A stretch of 64,000 bases of DNA from Planctomycetota bacterium. GTDB lineage: Bacteria > Planctomycetota > UBA8108 > SXIK01. Below, piece by piece: positions 58,879 through 64,000 of this stretch. The translations under genes and the position numbers were made by a program. Where the stretch lies: contig OZ244999.1 of assembly GCA_965223265.1 (NCBI GenBank), positions 6,976,001 through 7,040,000 of the forward strand. Direction: 5' to 3'. The notes under the pieces were generated by a model. That model ran no database searches. It worked only from the letters and a program-made list of their open reading frames with translations, and was not told the DNA's origin. Position 1 is the stretch's first letter, and each line of letters starts with the position of its first letter.

Positions 58879-60438
58879 ATGCCAGAGCCAGGCGGCGCCC
58901 TCGCTGCGATTGATTACACCATTGTTGTCGTTTACATGCTTGGCATCCTCGGCATTGGCGCGTTCTTCGGGAAGTACATTCGCTCTGCGGGCGATTTCTT
59001 CCTTGCTGGGAAGGCGCTGCCTTTTTGGGCAATCGGTATGTCGATCGTCGTCAGCGATATCGGCGCCGTCGACATGGTCGCTGGTGCCGGGGCCGCCTAC
59101 GAGCACGGCATCGCGCAAGCGAACTGGGATTGGCTCGGGTCGATGCCGGCGATGATCATCGCCGCCTTCGTTTTCGTCCCGTACTACTGGCGCTCCGGCG
59201 TCTACACGATCCCGGAGTTTCTCGGACGACGCTACAACCAGACGATCCGCTACATTCAAGCTGTCATTTGGGTTCTCTACTTGACGTCCATGCTGGCCGT
59301 CATGCTGTGGACCTCAGCCGTCTTTCTTCAGACCCAGCTTGGCTGGTCGACCGAGCTGGCGATCTGGGTGACCGTCGGCTTCGTCGGATTCTACACGGTC
59401 TCGGGCGGACTCGCTGCAGTCGTCATGACTGACGCCATTCAAATGATCGTCATGTTCGTCGGCGCTGGCGCACTGCTCGTCCTCTGCGTTTGGAACGCCG
59501 GTGGGTGGGAACCCATGAAAGAGGCGGTGCTAGCGCTCGGAGCCGAGACGGAGAACCATTTCACGTTGTTGCTTCCGCACGACGCCGCGACGCCTTACCC
59601 GTGGACGGGCATCGTCTTCGGCCTCGGGATCGTGCTTTCAACCGGCTACTTTGTAGGGAATCAAGCCATCGTTCAGCGCGTCCTCGGGGCGCGATCGGAG
59701 TGGGACGCGAAGGCTGGGATGATTTTTGGCTGCTTCCTCAAGCTCTTCATCCCGATTCTGATCATGCTTCCAGGTCTCTCGGCTCGTGCACTACACCCCG
59801 AGCTCGAGAAAGCCGATGAAGCCATTCCGATCCTCATTCGCGATCTCTTCCCGCCCGGACTCAAAGGATTGATGTTCGCGGCGTTCCTGGCGGCACTCAT
59901 GTCAAGCGTGGACTCCTATCTCAACTCCGCCGTCACGGTGTTGCTCTCCGATCTGTTTCGACTGCGCCGTACGGAAGGGGGAGAAGGACAAATCCGCGGC
60001 GTCAATGCCGGCCGGTTCTTGACTGCGCTGTTGATCATCGCAGCAGGATTCCTGGCGCCGAACGTGCCGAAGGTCTCCGACACGATCTACACCTCGATTC
60101 AGACAATCTTCTCGTTCTTTCAGGGACCGACACTCGCGATTCTCTTACTGGGCATCCTTTGGCGGCGCACGACCGGAATCGGAGCGCTGTGCGGACTTCT
60201 CCTGGGACTTTGTGTCACCGGCACGCTCAACTTCATCGGTGAGGATGTTTTTCCATCTGAGGAACCCTTCCTCTTCGTATCTTTTTGGTCATTCTTGTTT
60301 TCACTTGCGGTGACGATCCTCGTGAGCCTTGTGACCCCCCGTGAGCCGGATGAGAAGATCCGAGGACTGGTTTACGGGGACGTGCTGCACGATCCGCAGG
60401 CACAGGAGATACTGCAGCGGAGAGTCGACGGACAATGA
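58879..60438 (+). CDS. Sodium:solute symporter (SSS) family transporter
   Basis: DFFLAGK, TIPEFLGRRY, GGLAAVVMTD, NQAIVQRVL and AALMSS. Confidence 0.93.
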   Translation: MPEPGGALAAIDYTIVVVYMLGILGIGAFFGKYIRSAGDFFLAGKALPFWAIGMSIVVSDIGAVDMVAGAGAAYEHGIAQANWDWLGSMPAMIIAAFVFVPYYWRSGVYTIPEFLGRRYNQTIRYIQAVIWVLYLTSMLAVMLWTSAVFLQTQLGWSTELAIWVTVGFVGFYTVSGGLAAVVMTDAIQMIVMFVGAGALLVLCVWNAGGWEPMKEAVLALGAETENHFTLLLPHDAATPYPWTGIVFGLGIVLSTGYFVGNQAIVQRVLGARSEWDAKAGMIFGCFLKLFIPILIMLPGLSARALHPELEKADEAIPILIRDLFPPGLKGLMFAAFLAALMSSVDSYLNSAVTVLLSDLFRLRRTEGGEGQIRGVNAGRFLTALLIIAAGFLAPNVPKVSDTIYTSIQTIFSFFQGPTLAILLLGILWRRTTGIGALCGLLLGLCVTGTLNFIGEDVFPSEEPFLFVSFWSFLFSLAVTILVSLVTPREPDEKIRGLVYGDVLHDPQAQEILQRRVDGQ

Positions 60439-60743
60439 ACGCACAGATCGACGAGACGCAGACACCGCCCGAAGAATCATGGATCGACGAGATCCTGAAG
60501 TCGTTGACTGAGTTTCTCAGCGCCGCACTCAGACCGCTCGATGACTTCCTCAGCGCCCTTCCGATTGGGGTCGCGCGCGGCTGCGCGATCACACTCTTTC
60601 TCCTCGTCACGGTGTGGGTTCTGACGCTCAAACGTGAGCTGGTCTTTCGCGGCGCCCCGTCGCAGAGGCCGTGGCGCGACCTTCGTCTTTGGGCCGTGCT
60701 CGTAGCGCTCCCCTACTGTTTGATCTATCTCTTCCTGTTCTGA
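60435..60743 (+). CDS. Small two-TM membrane protein
   Basis: ATGA-coupled to the SSS gene; WRDLRLWA motif. Confidence 0.7.
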   Translation: MNAQIDETQTPPEESWIDEILKSLTEFLSAALRPLDDFLSALPIGVARGCAITLFLLVTVWVLTLKRELVFRGAPSQRPWRDLRLWAVLVALPYCLIYLFLF

Positions 60744-60763
60744 ATCGATCGGCGAACGAATCT

Positions 60764-61021
60764 ATGTCACAAGCACAAGACGCCGCGAGGGAAAAACGCC
60801 AACGCGACATAATTCTCCTCTTCGCCATGGGCGGATTCTTCGCACTCCTCGGCGTTCTCGTTCTCCTCGGTCTCCGGTGGACTGAACAGCGTGACTTCGC
60901 CACGACTGTGAACATTGTCTGCGGCGCCCTTCTGGTCGCAGTGGGTGTGCTGTGTTTGGCGATCGGCGGCGTAGTCGTCTACCGCGGCAGCGCGGATGGG
61001 AACGACGAAGCCGCGGCGTGA
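60764..61021 (+). CDS. Small two-TM membrane protein
   Basis: Two hydrophobic helices; operonic spacing. Confidence 0.65.
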   Translation: MSQAQDAAREKRQRDIILLFAMGGFFALLGVLVLLGLRWTEQRDFATTVNIVCGALLVAVGVLCLAIGGVVVYRGSADGNDEAAA

Positions 61022-61626
61022 GCTTCATAGCGCCCACTGTGTCGGCCGCAGTCGCATGGAAGCGCGCGCACCGTCCACCGCTGGCGCGGACGAGGAGGTT
61101 CCTTCATCGCGCGCTGTCGCTCCTGAGGACCGGCGACGAAGCCTGCAAGCTTGATCTGCCGCAGACGGAGCACGGACGGCTGCCGTATCTGGAGGTGGTG
61201 TGGCTGCCGTACTATCACGCCCGTGTGGAGGTACGGCGCCGCGACCAAGGCCGCACCGCCGACGTTCTGGTCTGCGGCAGCGACGGCACGACGAATCTCT
61301 GCGACGTGGCGACGCTCAAATGGCTTGATGGCGAACCGCCTCCCCCCCTCCTGGCGACGATCAGCCGCGAGGAAGCCGCTGACGCGGCGTGCCGCGCTGT
61401 TCTCGGCCTCGTGGCGCGACAGGGCTGGAGCGGCAAACCGCCGACGCTGCACGTGGCTGACGTGGCGGACGTCCACTACCCAGTCTGGGTCTACTACTAC
61501 GAGCGCCGTCGCGGTCGCCTTGACGTACGGCTCGTCGATGCACTGAACGCCCGGCTGACCGGCGGCAAGATGAAGGCGGCGCTGATCGCAGCGTTGACGG
61601 AGACGCCTCCGGCGTCTGGTTCATAG
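61018..61626 (+). CDS. Hypothetical soluble protein
   Basis: GTGA overlap with the previous gene; WLPYY and HYPVWVYYY duplicated motifs. Confidence 0.6.
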   Translation: MSFIAPTVSAAVAWKRAHRPPLARTRRFLHRALSLLRTGDEACKLDLPQTEHGRLPYLEVVWLPYYHARVEVRRRDQGRTADVLVCGSDGTTNLCDVATLKWLDGEPPPPLLATISREEAADAACRAVLGLVARQGWSGKPPTLHVADVADVHYPVWVYYYERRRGRLDVRLVDALNARLTGGKMKAALIAALTETPPASGS

Positions 61627-61656
61627 AAGCGGGTCTGTAGACTATGCAGGCACTCT

Positions 61657-62661
61657 CTAGCGCGTCGCGACTTCGGCGCCCGGGCGGTTCGGGCAGACGA
61701 GTCCGATGGCTTCGAGCTGATCCGCGATACGTTCGACCTGCTCGCGCGCCAGCGGCCGCACCGGTCGGCGGAAGTGCGGGCTAGCAAACTTCCCCATGAG
61801 CCAACGCGCCGTCTTCATGCGCTGGTGCGCGCCGCAGCCTGGTTCGCCGAAGTTGTAGATGATGCGCGCCAGCGGGGCGACCATCTGCTGCGCTCGCTTA
61901 GCGCCGGCGAGGTCGCCGTCGAGCGCGGCGTGAACGACGTCCACCATGAGCTCCGGTGCGAAGCCGGCGAATCCGATCAAGGCGCCGTCGGCGGCCTCGA
62001 GGAGTGTTGGCAACAGGAACTCATCGTGACAGGTGATGATGCTAACGTTCGGCGCCGCCGCTTTCAGCTGCTCGTAGTCGTAGAGCCAGCGCGCCATGTC
62101 GCGCGTTCCCATCTTGATGCACTCGACCTGCGGAATCCTCACCATCGCAAGCATCTCGTCGAGCGTGTATCCCGCCTTAGTCCAGGCCGGATACTGATGC
62201 ACCACGATCGGTACATCGGCGCCGGCGGCGACGTCTTCCATGAAGCCAACGGCCGTCTGCGCGCTGCGCCCAAAGCGCAGCCAATGGTGCGGCGGCATGA
62301 GAAGGATTGCGTCGGCACCGGCGGCCTTGGCAGCGACGGCGTGATCGATCGCTTCGAGGCTGCCTTCTGCAGAAACGCCAGAGATCACCTTGACGTCGCG
62401 GCTCGAGGCGCGCGCAGCAGCGACGGCGATCTCGATCACCCGCGCGCGTTCGGCTGGGCGCAGCGACATGATCTCGCCGGTGTGGCCGTTGCAGGTGAGC
62501 CCCTTGATGCCTTCGACTTCGCAGAGCTCCGCGAAGTAGTCGCGCAGGCCCGCCTCGTCGATCGACTCGTCGTCATGAAAGGCGCACAGCGTAGCGGCGA
62601 AGACGCCGCTCCAAGGGTGATCTTTCCAGCTCATGGTCAAAACGTTCGTGCGCATCCCCAA
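61657..62661 (-). CDS. Dihydrodipicolinate synthase / N-acetylneuraminate lyase-family aldolase
   Basis: NGHTGE, AGADAILLMPP and Schiff-base IKMG. Confidence 0.88.
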   Translation of the reverse strand: MGMRTNVLTMSWKDHPWSGVFAATLCAFHDDESIDEAGLRDYFAELCEVEGIKGLTCNGHTGEIMSLRPAERARVIEIAVAAARASSRDVKVISGVSAEGSLEAIDHAVAAKAAGADAILLMPPHHWLRFGRSAQTAVGFMEDVAAGADVPIVVHQYPAWTKAGYTLDEMLAMVRIPQVECIKMGTRDMARWLYDYEQLKAAAPNVSIITCHDEFLLPTLLEAADGALIGFAGFAPELMVDVVHAALDGDLAGAKRAQQMVAPLARIIYNFGEPGCGAHQRMKTARWLMGKFASPHFRRPVRPLAREQVERIADQLEAIGLVCPNRPGAEVATR

Positions 62662-62814
62662 ATAGGCCGTGGATCACAGCACGGTGATCCGCAACATACA
62701 GCCACGCGAAGACATCGGCAACATCGCTATGGACACCGTATCATCTCTCATCGAACAACCATGATCCAGAGAAAGAAGAGCGAATCGCTCACCGAATGAT
62801 GGTCCTTATTCGCG

Positions 62815-64000
62815 ATGAAAAAACAAATCCTCGCTACCCTCGGCACCGCGGGCCTCGTCGTCGCGGCGATGACAGCGGCAGGGATCTGGTCTCGGCGCGT
62901 CGAGCTGTTCGTCATTCCGCACACGTGGAGAGAGATCCAAGAGCTTCGCCAGGATGTCGAACGTAATCCAAAGCGCAAGGCGCTTCGCGACGAGTTGTAT
63001 GAACACATCTTGAAACTCGTGAAGCTGCAGCGACCGGAGATGATTCCCGACGACATGTCGACATGGTTCGCCTTAGTGCCCCTACGAGGACTGGACGGTC
63101 GTCATCGGGAAGTTCTGATGTACACCGATCCGTCAGCGCGCCGCCCTCGTTGGTACGCGCTCGAGAACATTTGGGGGACGGATCGCGTCGTCCTGGTCGA
63201 TGCGAACGGATTCCTTACCGGGGAGATCTTTCAGGTTCCACCGGTCGGTTCTCGAATGTGGCGTCGGCGACACGAGAGTAGCGCGACCTACGGGATCCTC
63301 GGCGTTCAGGACAGCAGCGACACCTTCGAGATCACTGTCGATCATCAAGGCATCGTCCCGCTCGGCTTCACACGAGCAGGTGGAGCGGTGTCGTCCGGGA
63401 GCGACGTTCGAGTGCACCAATGGCGCACGGCGGACAAAACCCCGCGCCCGTCGATCGAGTCGCTCGACGCACTCTTAGCGTCGAAACATCCCGGCAACCT
63501 CTTCAGAGCTCTGCACTTGATCGAACGACTCGGTGGCGAGACGGCACGCCGAGCGCTCGCCATCACCGATCATCCTATCGCTCGCCTTCGCGCTCGCGCC
63601 GTCGCGGTCGCGGCCAACGACCCGAGTCTCGGGTCCGAGCTCGCAAAGTTCTTGGACGACCATGTGGAAGCCGTACGCCACGCGGCAGCACTCGCGCTCG
63701 TCGATGATGAAAACCAGGAGATCGCTCAGCGCGCGCTCCTGTATCTCGTGAGGTGGCGACACAAACTTCCGCTCGTCTCGGTCGATCTCGCGCGACTGAG
63801 TTCATCTGAGATAGCCGAAGTCTTGGTCCGGCGCTGCGAATCAACGCAGATCAACGCGATCGACGACGACCTCATCGCGTGCTTCGCCGCTCTTGGGAGT
63901 GAACATCTCGCGCCGATGCGGGACAGACTGCTCGTGCTCTTGCGACGATCCCCGGACGATCGAGGTGGCCGCTGCCCACTCCGCGATGCCCTGATTCGAT
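62815..64000 (+). CDS. Hypothetical membrane-anchored protein with HEAT-like repeats (runs off the window end)
   Basis: Manual translation MKKQILATLGTAGLVVAAM...; LDDHVEAVRHAAALAL; no stop seen. Confidence 0.6.
   Translation, partial: MKKQILATLGTAGLVVAAMTAAGIWSRRVELFVIPHTWREIQELRQDVERNPKRKALRDELYEHILKLVKLQRPEMIPDDMSTWFALVPLRGLDGRHREVLMYTDPSARRPRWYALENIWGTDRVVLVDANGFLTGEIFQVPPVGSRMWRRRHESSATYGILGVQDSSDTFEITVDHQGIVPLGFTRAGGAVSSGSDVRVHQWRTADKTPRPSIESLDALLASKHPGNLFRALHLIERLGGETARRALAITDHPIARLRARAVAVAANDPSLGSELAKFLDDHVEAVRHAAALALVDDENQEIAQRALLYLVRWRHKLPLVSVDLARLSSSEIAEVLVRRCESTQINAIDDDLIACFAALGSEHLAPMRDRLLVLLRRSPDDRGGRCPLRDALIR

Overview
GC-rich bacterial DNA that looks like Planctomycetota: it has a DUF1501 + DUF1549/DUF1553 pair, a PVC-type heme-binding dehydrogenase, an ECF sigma/Ser-Thr kinase pair, HEAT and LRR proteins, and C-terminal dockerin-like domains. 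About 40 CDS are present, covering transport and metabolism (NhaC, SSS, MscK, PfkB, SDR, DapA-like), a Cus-type heavy-metal RND operon, a signalling/surface-protein island and a minor-pilin cluster. I saw no rRNA, tRNA or CRISPR array. Most notable: (1) a four-helix-bundle (IVP/Avd-like) gene enclosed by 65-bp direct repeats made of a GTAG-REP hairpin plus degenerate hexamer arrays, with gene-less copies of the repeats elsewhere; (2) a PilX-like protein with a mirror-symmetric insert of about 210 aa that reads as a giant two-stranded beta-ribbon; (3) a Cys-rich uORF ending in RAPP just upstream of the Cus operon, a candidate metal-sensing arrest peptide; (4) four copies of a fold-back MITE. 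All product calls come from motif recognition by eye, not database searches, and start codons are estimates.
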